A DNA stretch of 64,000 nt from an uncultured Planctomycetota bacterium (GTDB taxonomy: Bacteria; Planctomycetota; Planctomycetia; Isosphaerales; Isosphaeraceae). Of this stretch, positions 44,041 to 53,636 are shown piece after piece (the first letter of the stretch is position 1; each line of letters begins with the position of its first letter). The stretch lies in assembly GCA_963845755.1 (NCBI GenBank), contig CAWJTV010000019.1:352001-416000 (forward strand), written 5' to 3'. The notes under the pieces are model-generated. The model was not told the DNA's origin and made no database searches. It saw only the letters and a list, made by a program, of their open reading frames with translations. The position numbers were made by a program, and so were the translations under genes.

Positions 44041-44061
44041 TCGCAACCATAATAGTTACGA
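44041..44061. promoter_or_regulatory. Palindromic candidate Rrf2 operator
   Basis: TCGCAAC-CATAATA-GTTACGA, an AT-rich palindrome 13 nt upstream of the Rrf2 start. Confidence 0.6.
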
Positions 44062-44349
44062 CTGACGTCGCTGTGAAGCCGATCTCCGAGGGGCGACCAC
44101 CGAGGGCGAAATGTCTCGACCCACCCGGGTTCGCCACCTTGCCGCCAGGACTTGCCCGATCATCGCCCTGGCCGGATGGGCGGGTCATCCCGGTCGATCG
44201 GAGACCGCCTCCCGGCCCACGGCCCCGACCGCCCTCCGTGGTCGGGAGAGGTCCGTTGGCTCGCAGCTCTCCCTCCCGCGGGCACCCGGCGGGAGGTCGC
44301 ACACCGGGATGGGCTCCCGGCCTCGTCGGCCGTTGGTCGCCCGACCGGG

Positions 44350-45486
44350 TCAGGTGTGGCAGACCCGTCGATAGATCGCCTCGTAGCCGGGGACGATGAC
44401 GTCGGCCGAGAAGCGGTCCCTCGCGCGGCGCCGCGCCGCCGCGCCCATCGCGGCGCGGCGGGTCGGGTCGGCGATCAGGGCCTCCACGGCCCGGGCGAGT
44501 CCGGCCGCGTCGCCGGGGGGTACGAGGAGGCCCGAGATGCCGTCCTCCACCACCTCGGGGATGCCGCCGACGCGCGTCGCGACGCTCGGGCAGCCGAAGC
44601 ACATCGCCTCGAGGATGCTCAGGCAGAAGCTCTCGGAATCGGACGCGAACAGCCCCAGGTCGGCCGCCTGCAGGTACTCCTCGATATCGTGGACGCGCTC
44701 CAGCACGACCACCCGGCCCTCGAGGCCGAGCCGCCGGACATCGTCGGCGAACGGCGCGAATCCCTCACCGGCGAGGATCACCAGGCGGAAGGATTCGCGC
44801 AGGCGCACCCGCGCGGCGGCCTCGAGCAGCAGGTCGACCCGCTTGACCGGGCGGAGGTTCGAGCTGTGCAGCACGACCGCCTCGTCCATCACGCCGAGCT
44901 CCTGCCGCACCTCGTCGCGCGTCCGGCGCGTCCGGCGCGGCTCGAAGTAGTTGTGCACCAAATCGATCGGCCGGTCGAAGCCGAGCAGGCGACGGGTCTC
45001 GTCGCGGAGGTACTCCGACACGACCGTGACGGCGTCGGAACACTCCAGGGCGTGGCGGATCGCCGGGCCGTAGCCCGGGTCGCGGCCGAGCAGGGTGGTG
45101 TCGGTCCCGTGCAGCGTGGCGACGACTTTCGGGCGCAGCTCGGGCGGCAGCATCGATCGCGCGAGGATGGCGGCCGTCGCGTGCGGCACGGCGTAGTGGA
45201 CGTGCAGCACGTCGAGCCGATGCTCGCGGCTCACCTCGGCCATCTTCACGGAGAGGGGCAGGGTGTAGTCGGGGTACTTGAACAGGCCGTAGGCGTTGAT
45301 GCCCACCGGGTGGTAGCGGACGCGGGGCGCGTCCGGCGGGAGCCGGAAGGGCCGCTCGTAGCTGATGAAGTGCACGTCGTGCCCGCGGCGGGCGAGGTCG
45401 ACACCCAGGGACGACGCGAGGATGCCGCTCCCCCCCACCGAGGGGTAGCAGGTGATGCCGATCCGGAGTGGGCGGTCACAGCTCAT
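44350..45486 (-). CDS. bshA: N-acetyl-alpha-D-glucosaminyl L-malate synthase (GT4)
   Basis: IGITCYPSVGGSG, LFKYPDY, LHVHYAVPHA, TLHGTD, HSSNLRPVKRV, ESFCLSILEAM. Confidence 0.92.
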   Translation of the reverse strand: MSCDRPLRIGITCYPSVGGSGILASSLGVDLARRGHDVHFISYERPFRLPPDAPRVRYHPVGINAYGLFKYPDYTLPLSVKMAEVSREHRLDVLHVHYAVPHATAAILARSMLPPELRPKVVATLHGTDTTLLGRDPGYGPAIRHALECSDAVTVVSEYLRDETRRLLGFDRPIDLVHNYFEPRRTRRTRDEVRQELGVMDEAVVLHSSNLRPVKRVDLLLEAAARVRLRESFRLVILAGEGFAPFADDVRRLGLEGRVVVLERVHDIEEYLQAADLGLFASDSESFCLSILEAMCFGCPSVATRVGGIPEVVEDGISGLLVPPGDAAGLARAVEALIADPTRRAAMGAAARRRARDRFSADVIVPGYEAIYRRVCHT

Positions 45487-45487
45487 G

Positions 45488-46216
45488 TTAGAACCGGCTC
45501 GCGTTGCGGCCCAGCCGCGCCAGGGAGTCAACGACGGGCGGGTCGTTGGGGTAGAGGGCGATGGCGTGGCCGACGCCGGCCCGCAGGCCGTTGACCCGGG
45601 CGCGTGTCAGTTGCATCTCGACATAGGCGCGGGCCTTCACCTGCGTCGCGTGCGCCTGCATCGCGGCGGTCCAGGCGGCCAGGATCTCCGGGGCCGAGAC
45701 GTCGACGAGGACCGGCGAGACGTCGCGGGGCTCGGCCCCCGGCGACGTCGCGTAGAAGAAGAGCTGCTCGATCGCGTGCGGGGCGAGTCCGCGCAGCTCG
45801 GCGACGCCGCCGTAACGGGCGAGCCGGGTCGCGTCGCGCACGAGGCGGCCCAGCCGGACATGGTCGGGGTGCTGGTTCTCGACCGGCGTCGGGGCCAGGA
45901 CGGTGGCCGGACGCAGCCGTCGGATCACGCCGGCCAGGCGGATCGCGTGCGCGGCCTTCTCCTCGAGGTGGGCATCGCCGTCGAGCTCGATCAGCTCCAA
46001 GGACGCGCCGAGCGCTCGCGCGCCGGCCCGGCACTCCTCCAGTCGTTCCTCGGGCGTGCCGTGGCTGGCCGACTCGCCGCGCGAGCAGACGACCAGGTGC
46101 GCAGGGCGCCCGGCGCGGGACTCGAGGGCCACGACGCCGCCGCAGCCGAACTCGACGTCGTCGGGATGACAACCGAACGCCAGCAAGGGCGCCGGCTCAG
46201 GTCGGGGGTTCGACAT
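45488..46216 (-). CDS. bshB1: GlcNAc-malate deacetylase, PIG-L family
   Basis: HPDDVEFGCGG, SRGESASHGT, HPDH; adjacent to bshA. Confidence 0.85.
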   Translation of the reverse strand: MSNPRPEPAPLLAFGCHPDDVEFGCGGVVALESRAGRPAHLVVCSRGESASHGTPEERLEECRAGARALGASLELIELDGDAHLEEKAAHAIRLAGVIRRLRPATVLAPTPVENQHPDHVRLGRLVRDATRLARYGGVAELRGLAPHAIEQLFFYATSPGAEPRDVSPVLVDVSAPEILAAWTAAMQAHATQVKARAYVEMQLTRARVNGLRAGVGHAIALYPNDPPVVDSLARLGRNASRF

Positions 46217-46982
46217 AGGCTTCATCAGGTCGCTCGATCAGGTCGCGGACGATATAGGTGATCTCGGGCGCATCATCCTTCCGGAGGTAATCCTGCTCGC
46301 TGGCCCCCGACACGTAGTGGGTGCACCGGATCACCGATTGCATCCAGCGCAGCCGGGTGTCGCGCGTCGGGCTGATCTGCTCGCGGGTGTACGCCGCGTC
46401 GGGGAGGTCCACGTACTGGTCGCCCCCCTTGTAAAGCCTGGGACGGCCCTCGAGCAGCCGGGCCCGCACGACTTCGCCCTCGTATGGCACGTCAACGTAG
46501 TAGTCTTCCACGTCGCACGCCGCCCGGCGGAAGGCCGGGTCGCTCGAGCGGGCGACGCGGATGCCGTCAAGCAGGCCCATGTGTCGGTACATCTCCAGGC
46601 AGAAATCGGCGACGGTCTCGGCCTCGACCGCGCGGAACGTCTCGGCCCACTCGGGGCCGACGTAGGGGCGGATCTGGTCGGCGGTGCGGGCCTGCCAGTC
46701 GGCGCGGACCCGCTTGAGGTACAGCGGCGAGAACTTCCGCTGCACCTGGTTGTCGAAGGCGAAGTTGAGCTGGAGCGGCTCGCCCGTCTTGCGGTGGCGC
46801 AGGGTCGTGCGGGTCTCGCGGAAGTCGTGGTCGCTATCGTGGCAGAAGAAGACGACCTCGCCGCCGATCTCCGACTGCAGCCGCCGCGCCGTGGCGATCT
46901 TGGCGTAGAGATAGCGCCGGGGGAAGAAGCCGCACGGCTGCTGGCCGAAGCAGATGACGGGGGTGGTCGCGGTCGCGGTCAT
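46197..46982 (-). CDS. Half-size BshC-like protein (putative cysteine-adding enzyme)
   Basis: GQQP...YAKIATA...VVFFCHDSDHDFRE and RWMQ...YVSGASEQDY echo the BshC motifs GQQ, DHDxxE and RPxxQ..YxxGPGExxY; located in a bsh operon. Confidence 0.65.
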   Translation of the reverse strand: MTATATTPVICFGQQPCGFFPRRYLYAKIATARRLQSEIGGEVVFFCHDSDHDFRETRTTLRHRKTGEPLQLNFAFDNQVQRKFSPLYLKRVRADWQARTADQIRPYVGPEWAETFRAVEAETVADFCLEMYRHMGLLDGIRVARSSDPAFRRAACDVEDYYVDVPYEGEVVRARLLEGRPRLYKGGDQYVDLPDAAYTREQISPTRDTRLRWMQSVIRCTHYVSGASEQDYLRKDDAPEITYIVRDLIERPDEAYVEPPT

Positions 46983-48694
46983 GGGTTCGCAGGCGCCTCC
47001 TCAGGCGAAGGGCCGGGGCCTAGCGCGGCCTGGAGTACCAGGCTGAAGCCGACGCACGCCGCGCAGCCGATCAGATTGTACCAGAGGTAGCTGATATCCA
47101 GGCTGGCGAAGAGCGCGAACACCAGGAGCTGCGCCGCGATCGCCGCCCAGAAGACGGCGGTCCCCCGCACCCGCCGCAGGAAGAACGCCACGAGGAACAG
47201 GCCGAGGACCACGCCGTAGAAGATCGAAGCCACGATGTTCACCGCCTGGATCAGGTTCTCCGCCAGGCTGGCGAAGAGCGCGAAGCCGACCGCGACCGCA
47301 CCCCACATCACCGTGAACCACCGCGTGGCGGTCACGTGGTGCGCGTCATCGGCCTGTCGCGCCACGAGGAGCCGATAGAAATCGACCGTCGTCGTCGTCG
47401 CCAGCGCGTTCAGCTCGGCGGCCTTCGACGAGAGCGTGGCGCCGAAGAACGCGGCGATCAGCAGACCGATCATCCCGTGGGGGAGGTGGCCGAGGATGAA
47501 CGTGATGAACACGTAATCCGTGTCCGGGGATTTCGCCCGGGCGCTCAGCGATTCGAGGGCCGCCTTCGCCTCGGCCCGGACGGCCTGGCTCCGGTCCTGG
47601 GCGGCCAGGGCTCGCGACCGCGCCCCGGCCACGGCCGAGGGGTCGCCGTACTCCCGGGCGGAGAGCCAGTCCTCGACGGCGCACCGCTTCTCGGCGTGGA
47701 GCTCGCCGTACCGCCGCTCCAGATCCCGCAGGCGACCGTCGGGGTCGCGCTCCAGTCCACGCTCCCACACGACCGGGTTGAAGTACACGGGCGGCGGCTC
47801 GAACTGGTAGAAGACGAACACCATCGTCCCCAGCAGCAGGATGAAGAATTGCATGGGGATCTTGACCACGGCGTTGAACATCAGGCCCAGCCGGCTCTCG
47901 CGGAGCGATGTTCCCGAGAGGTAGCGCTGGACCTGCGACTGGTCGGTGCCGAAGTACGACAGCGCGAGGAAGAAGCCCCCGAGCAGCCCCGACCAGAACG
48001 TGTACCGTCGGCTCGGATCGACCGAGAAGTCGACCCCGTTGAGCTTGCGGAAGCCGCCCGCCAGGGCCAGGGCGTCGTCGAGCCCCACCCCAGGCGGCAT
48101 CCGGCGCAGCAGGACGACGAAGGCCGCGAACATCCCGCAGAAAATCACGCCGAGCTGGTACTTCTGCGTCACGTTCACCGCCTGGCTTCCGCCCGCGGCC
48201 GTGTAGGCGATCACGACCAGCCCCGTGAGCAGGATCGTGGCGTCGGTGCGCCAGTGCAGCACGGTCGAGAGGATGATCGCGGGCGCGTAGACGGTGATCC
48301 CCGCCTGAAGGCCGCGCTGGAGGAGGAACAACGCCGCGCCCAGCAGCCGGGTCTTCGCGTCGAACCGGCGGCCGAGGTACTCGTACGCCGTGTACACGTT
48401 GAGGCGACGGTACATTGGCAAGAACACCGCCGCGATGAGGATGAGCGCGAGCGGGGCGCCGAAGTAGTTCTGGACGAACCCCAGGCCGTCCTGGTACCCC
48501 TGGCCGGGCATCGAGAGGAACGTGACCGCGCTGGCCTGGGTCGCCATCACCGAGAGGCCGATGGCGGCCCAACCCGTGCGCCGGTCGCCCTTCAAGTAGT
48601 AGCTCAGCTCCTGTCGCCCACGCGTCTGCCAAACGCCATAGACTGCGATCCCGACCATGCTCCCGACCAGCACCAGGAAGTCGAGCAGATTCAT
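46979..48694 (-). CDS. Sodium:solute symporter (SSS family)
   Basis: LSVMATQASAVTFLS, TAYEYLGRRFD, YFGTDQSQVQRYL, many TM helices. Confidence 0.92.
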   Translation of the reverse strand: MNLLDFLVLVGSMVGIAVYGVWQTRGRQELSYYLKGDRRTGWAAIGLSVMATQASAVTFLSMPGQGYQDGLGFVQNYFGAPLALILIAAVFLPMYRRLNVYTAYEYLGRRFDAKTRLLGAALFLLQRGLQAGITVYAPAIILSTVLHWRTDATILLTGLVVIAYTAAGGSQAVNVTQKYQLGVIFCGMFAAFVVLLRRMPPGVGLDDALALAGGFRKLNGVDFSVDPSRRYTFWSGLLGGFFLALSYFGTDQSQVQRYLSGTSLRESRLGLMFNAVVKIPMQFFILLLGTMVFVFYQFEPPPVYFNPVVWERGLERDPDGRLRDLERRYGELHAEKRCAVEDWLSAREYGDPSAVAGARSRALAAQDRSQAVRAEAKAALESLSARAKSPDTDYVFITFILGHLPHGMIGLLIAAFFGATLSSKAAELNALATTTTVDFYRLLVARQADDAHHVTATRWFTVMWGAVAVGFALFASLAENLIQAVNIVASIFYGVVLGLFLVAFFLRRVRGTAVFWAAIAAQLLVFALFASLDISYLWYNLIGCAACVGFSLVLQAALGPGPSPEEAPANP

Positions 48695-48873
48695 GAAAAA
48701 CTCCGCTCGAGGACGACCAGGAGCACCACCCACGCGACGAGGCAGATGAGCACGACCGCATAGACGGCCGGCCAGGTGCGGGGCCACGGCAGTCCGGTCG
48801 CCCCGTCAAGCAGTTCGTCCGCAATGACGGGCGGGTGCGGCGGGCCGGCTCGATCGTCGTCGTGGATGGTCAT
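48691..48873 (-). CDS. Small single-TM membrane protein, probable SSS accessory subunit
   Basis: 60 aa with WPAVYAVVLICLVAWVVLLVVL; ATGA overlaps on both sides. Confidence 0.75.
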   Translation of the reverse strand: MTIHDDDRAGPPHPPVIADELLDGATGLPWPRTWPAVYAVVLICLVAWVVLLVVLERSFS

Positions 48874-51373
48874 TTGCCGAGCGAGACCAGGTTTGCGAAG
48901 AGCCGATAGGCCCCCGGGACCCCGGCGGGGAGTTGCCGGAAGAACACGAGTCCCGTGTAGACGAAGTGGCCTCGGCCGTACTTCGCCACGAGCAGGCCCC
49001 CCTTCAGTGGCGTTTCGCCCGGGTCGCCCGACGCCAGGATCGGCGTGAAATGCGAGTCCCATTGCGTCGGGAAGTAGATGCCGCGCTCCTGCACCCAGCC
49101 TTCCATGTCGGCCTCGCCGATCTTGTTGGGCGTCGTGAGCACGGGGTGGTCGGGCGCGAGGAAAGTCACCGGTGCGTTCTCGTCGGTGACGCGGGCGTCG
49201 GACAGCCGCAGGTCGTAGGGGGCGAGGCGGTTCGTCCGGAGCCCGTTCGGCCGGTTGTACTGGGCGACGACCGTCCCGCCCCCCTCGACGTAGGCGAAGA
49301 GCGCCGGCAGGTGGGCGGCGAGGTCGTCGCGCACGTTATAGGCGCGGACGCCGATTACCACGGCGTCGAGGCCGGCGAGCTTCTCGGCAGTCAGGTCCGT
49401 GCCGGCGAGCCGTGTGACCTCGTAGCCCATCTCCTCGAGGCCCTCGGCCACGCTGTCGCCGGCGCCGGGGATGTAGCCGACGCGACGCCCCTTGATCGTG
49501 AGGTCGAGGGTCAAGACCTTCAGGCGCGGGGGGCTGGAGCAACTGCACGGGGATATGCTCGTGCTTGATCACGACCCGACCGGAGTTCCAGGTCCGGTCG
49601 CCCATGCGGGCCTCGGCCGTGATGGCGGCCGTAGCCGATCCGGGCGGGGCCTTGACGGTGAACGACAACCGCGCACGGTCGCCGGCCGTCGCCAGCCGGA
49701 ACGGCTGCGACGCGGGGGTGACCGTCCACCCGGCCGGCGCACGGAGGGCGAGCGTGCCCGCCGCGCCGTCGCGCGCGGCCGTAACTTCGACGTCGACCGG
49801 GCGGCTCGGCCCCCGGGGCGAAGAGCCGCACCTGGGAGAGAGGCCGCAGGGCCACCGGCGCGATCACGTCGAGCCGCCGGGCCGGCTGGCCCTGCTCGGC
49901 GGCCTGCACGGGTACGTCAGCGATCTCCAGGGTCTGGCCGCCGACCTGGAATCGGTGCTCGACCGGGAAGGCCGTCGGGTTCTCGGGTTGCCCGATCAGA
50001 GCGGGATTGACCTTGAAGAGGCCGACGGAGTGCTCCTCGCGCAGCCAGTACGGTTGGCCGAGCGGGGCATCGGACGGCAGCGTCTGGTCCACGTCGCGGC
50101 TGGCGGGCCGCCCGGCCGTCAGGTCGATCGGCTGGTCCACCGACCGACCCGTGAGCGGGTAGGAGACGGACAACCAGCGGACGGGGACGCCGGCCGCGAC
50201 CGTCGCCGAGTGCCGCAGCTTCAATACCTCGCCCGGCACGACTTCGGCGCGGGGAACGGTCGTCTCGACCACGAGCCCGAGGCAGCCCTGGATTGCCCGG
50301 TCGAGCTGGCGGCGCTTCTCGGCCACGAGGGGGTCGGCGGGGAGCGAGGCGAGCCGCTCTCGGATCGCCAGCAGGCGGGGCACGATCGCGGCGGGGGCCT
50401 TCGCGATCGAACTTCGCCACCGCCTCGTGGGCCAGCTTCGCGACCTCAGGCCCCGCCCGGGCAAGCGGGCCCAGGTCGTGTTGACGCCGTCCATGATGTC
50501 TTTCGTCGCCGGCTCGCCGCCCAGGAGCGTAAACGAGTCGGTGCGTGGGCCGCTCCCCCCGCGCCCGCCGAAGTTGCCGAAGCCCTGACTTTTGTGCATC
50601 GAACGGCTGCGCCCGGCGATCGTGCCGAGCGGCTCGTGGGTGACCGGGTCGTCGCCGCCGATCTCGACGCGGAGCCCGCCGGCACCGCCGCCACCCCGGC
50701 CGAATCCGCCGCTGTTCTGGAGGATCCGTTTGGGCTGCCAGGCGGCCAGCTCGCCGATTTGTTCGGGGAACGCCCCGGGGTCGCCCGCGAGCCGGAAGGC
50801 CTCGACGGCCAGGATGGCGGACGCCGTGTGGTGGCCGTGGCCGCCCCCCTGGGGCGAGAAGCGGGTGACGATCACGTCGGGCCGGAACGCGCGGATCACC
50901 CGCACGATGTCGGAGACGACGGCCTTCCGATCCCAGATCCGGAGCGTCTCGGCGGGGTTCTTCGAGAAGCCGAAGTCGATGGCGCGGGTGAAGAACTGCC
51001 GGCCGCCGTCGAGGCGGCGGGCGGCGAGGAGCTCCTGGGTGCGGATCACCCCCAGCTCCTCGAAAAACTCGGGGCCGATGACGTTCTGACCGCCGTCGCC
51101 CCGCGTGAGCGACAGATAGGCCGTGCGGTAGCCGCGGCCGCGCGCGAGGTAGGCGATGAGCTGGGTGTTCTCGTCGTCGGGGTGCGCGGCCACGTGCAGG
51201 ACGCTCCCCAGCTCGCGGAACCCGCGCAGCTCACGTAACGTGTCCTGGGCCGTCATCGGCTCCGCGGCACGGCCGCCGGAGATCGGCCCGGTCAGCAGGG
51301 CCCCCGCCAGGAAGAGTGGGACGAGCCGAGCGGCGGGCCGATTCGACCCGCGGGAGCGTCGTGGTGCGGACAT
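48870..51373 (-). CDS. Large secreted PIG-L/LmbE-family deacetylase with Ig-like and GATase-like C-terminal domains (several frameshifts)
   Basis: Signal-like N-terminus, AAHPDDEN, TRGDGGQN, DFGFSK, HGHH, HKSQGFG; C-terminal GYIPGAGD...WVQERGIYF...GAYRLFANL. Confidence 0.85.
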
Positions 51374-51458
51374 GGCCAGACCTCGGAGTTGGGAAGTCCA
51401 TCGCGGCCGAACAGGAGGGCCGCGATGGAAGTCAGCGACAACGTGAGGCCGTTCGGCC

Positions 51459-52040
51459 TCACTTCTTCACGGTAAACGGGATCGAGTACTGGGTGCTCTC
51501 CCACATCATCTTGAGCAGGCCCCCGCCGGCCTCCGGCTCGATCGCCATCGTGAACTGGTCGACCGTCTTGTCGAGGGTCAACTTCTTCAGATCCACACGC
51601 GCCAGCTCGTTGGCCTTCTCCGAGTCCTCCTTGTAGGGGATGCCCCACTGGCCGGTCTTCTTGTTGATGACGAGTTTGGCGGTACCGTCCTCGTTGGGCA
51701 CGGTGAACAGCGAATACGTGCCGGGGGCGAGCGAGTAGCCGCCGAGCTCGATCGGCTGCGCGGTCGTGAGCAGGGTCGCCTCGTCGGCGCCCGTGCGCCA
51801 GACCTTGCCGTAGGGGACCAACCCGCCCCAGATCTTGCGGGCCTCGGTGGTCCCGGGTTTCGTGGTGTAGGGGCGCCCGTAGACGAGCTTCATCTCGTCG
51901 CCGTCGATCTTGGCCGTGATCGTCTCGTGCGGGCTGATGCGCTGACGCTGCTTCTTCTTGGCGGCCTGGGCCATCGCGGGCGTCGCGGTGACGAGCGCCG
52001 CCGCGACGACGAGGGCGAGTGCGATTCCGAGCTTCCTCAT
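51459..52040 (-). CDS. DUF2911 family exported protein
   Basis: Signal peptide, RISP, YGRP, IWGGLVPYGKVWRTGADEAT, GTYSLFTVP, QWG. Confidence 0.88.
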   Translation of the reverse strand: MRKLGIALALVVAAALVTATPAMAQAAKKKQRQRISPHETITAKIDGDEMKLVYGRPYTTKPGTTEARKIWGGLVPYGKVWRTGADEATLLTTAQPIELGGYSLAPGTYSLFTVPNEDGTAKLVINKKTGQWGIPYKEDSEKANELARVDLKKLTLDKTVDQFTMAIEPEAGGGLLKMMWESTQYSIPFTVKK

Positions 52041-52328
52041 GAGGTCCCTCCGGTTGTCGGGTCGTTGGGCGATCGGGCCTCAGGCCAGGTCCGGCACCTT
52101 GCGGACGAGGTCCCTCGGACCGAGTACCTACAAGTAGTTACAAATTGGGCCGCGGTCAAGACATCTCCAAAGTTGCGACGGGCCCGGGCCGGGCTTTTCT
52201 CGCGACTCCTCGGACGATACGAGGATCTCCGCCCCGTGAAGCCAGAGGGAGTTTCCGCGGTCTCCCAGACTATGGGCTCCGGAGCCGGTCGCGTCATGGA
52301 CGATCTTCGCAGGGCGTGCCCGGCCGGC

Positions 52329-52590
52329 CTAACGCGGGGTCCCGCCCCCGTTCTTCAGATGCTTGTCGAAGAACGTTTCGACGAGCCTCATGTTCTCCTC
52401 GCTGCCGAACGCGCGTCCACCGTGCCCGGCCCCCTCGACCGGATGGAACGTCGCATCGACGCCCGCCTTCTTCAGGGCCTCGTACAGCAACTCGCTCTGG
52501 TTGAACGGCACCATATTATCCCGGTCGCCGTGCATGATAAGGAAGGGCGGGTCGTCCTTCGAGACGTAGGCGATGGGGTTCGCCGACCGC
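52329..52590 (-). pseudogene. C-terminal fragment of an alpha/beta hydrolase
   Basis: ANPIAYVSKDDPPFLIMHGDRDNMVP..QS..GAGHG; no GxSxG-containing N-terminus. Confidence 0.75.
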
Positions 52591-52594
52591 CGGT

Positions 52595-53260
52595 CGGCAC
52601 GAAGAACGATCGACCGGCGGCGCTGCCGCAATCCGTCGAGGTCGTCGGCAAAGTCGTCGACGCCGAAACGGGCAAGCCGATCGAGGCGTTCATCACCCAG
52701 GCGGGCAAATTCGATCCTAAAGATCCGAAGAACGTGACTTGGGGGTTCAGCGAAACGCGCAACACGTCGGGTGGTTTCAGCGCGACGATCAAGTGGAACG
52801 AAGGCCTGGACGGCGCGCATTCTCGCGGACGGTTACGTACCCCAGCCGGTCCTCAGCGAGGCGCCCCCGCCGGAAAAGTCCGAATCGAGACGGTGATTCG
52901 GCTGAAGAAGGGGCGAACTGTCCGCGGACGCGTCCTCGACGATCTCGGGAAGCCGGTGAACGGATGCCTCGGTATTCGCCGTCAGGTCCCATGGCATGAC
53001 TCTCGCCGGGGGGCGGGCCGTCAATTCTTTCGACGGCGAGGAAGACCGAACCGTCCGCGGGGCGAAGACCGATTCCGAGGGGCGGTTTCGAGCTGGCTCT
53101 CAGCGTTGCCGCGGGGCAGGGGCGTCCGCCCGGCGATCCGCCGGCATCCGCAGTCGCAACGCCGGGATTGGCCATCTCGAGCTCGGCGCTCGACGCCTGG
53201 CCGGTGCCGCTGCCGGAGGGGGATGCCGAAGCGGTCATCCGCCTTCCGTCTCCCACGCGA
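52595..53260 (+). pseudogene. Internal fragment of a carboxypeptidase-regulatory-like (beta-sandwich repeat) protein
   Basis: GKVVDAETGKPI, GRTVRGRVLDDLGKPV, KTDSEGRF spread over several frames. Confidence 0.55.
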
Positions 53261-53272
53261 GTGGAGTGGCTC

Positions 53273-53569
53273 ATGACGACACAGCAACTCGTCGTGGGGA
53301 CCGTTGTTTACTCCGTCGCACTGGCCACGGTCGTGTTCTTCATGCGGCCGACTGGGCGGCGCTTCGCGGGGGCCCTGGCCGGGGCGGCGGTCGTCGCGAG
53401 GTTGGGGCTCTGGGTGCTGTTCCCCCTCGGCGAGGCGCGGGGGTGGTGGCGCGTCCCGCTCGACCCGTCGCCGTCGTCAATGACGCTGCTCTACCTCGGG
53501 ACGACCGACTCCACCGTCCCGGTCTTCCTCGTCACCTGGTGGATCGCCCACCGGTTTGGCTGGCGGTGA
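53273..53569 (+). CDS. Small membrane protein, possibly truncated
   Basis: GGAG then ATG; three hydrophobic segments. Confidence 0.5.
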   Translation: MTTQQLVVGTVVYSVALATVVFFMRPTGRRFAGALAGAAVVARLGLWVLFPLGEARGWWRVPLDPSPSSMTLLYLGTTDSTVPVFLVTWWIAHRFGWR

Positions 53570-53636
53570 CTCTGTGTCCGTTCATCATGTCGTCGCGGGG
53601 AAATGAGGAACGGACACGCGTTATTCCCGACACCAG

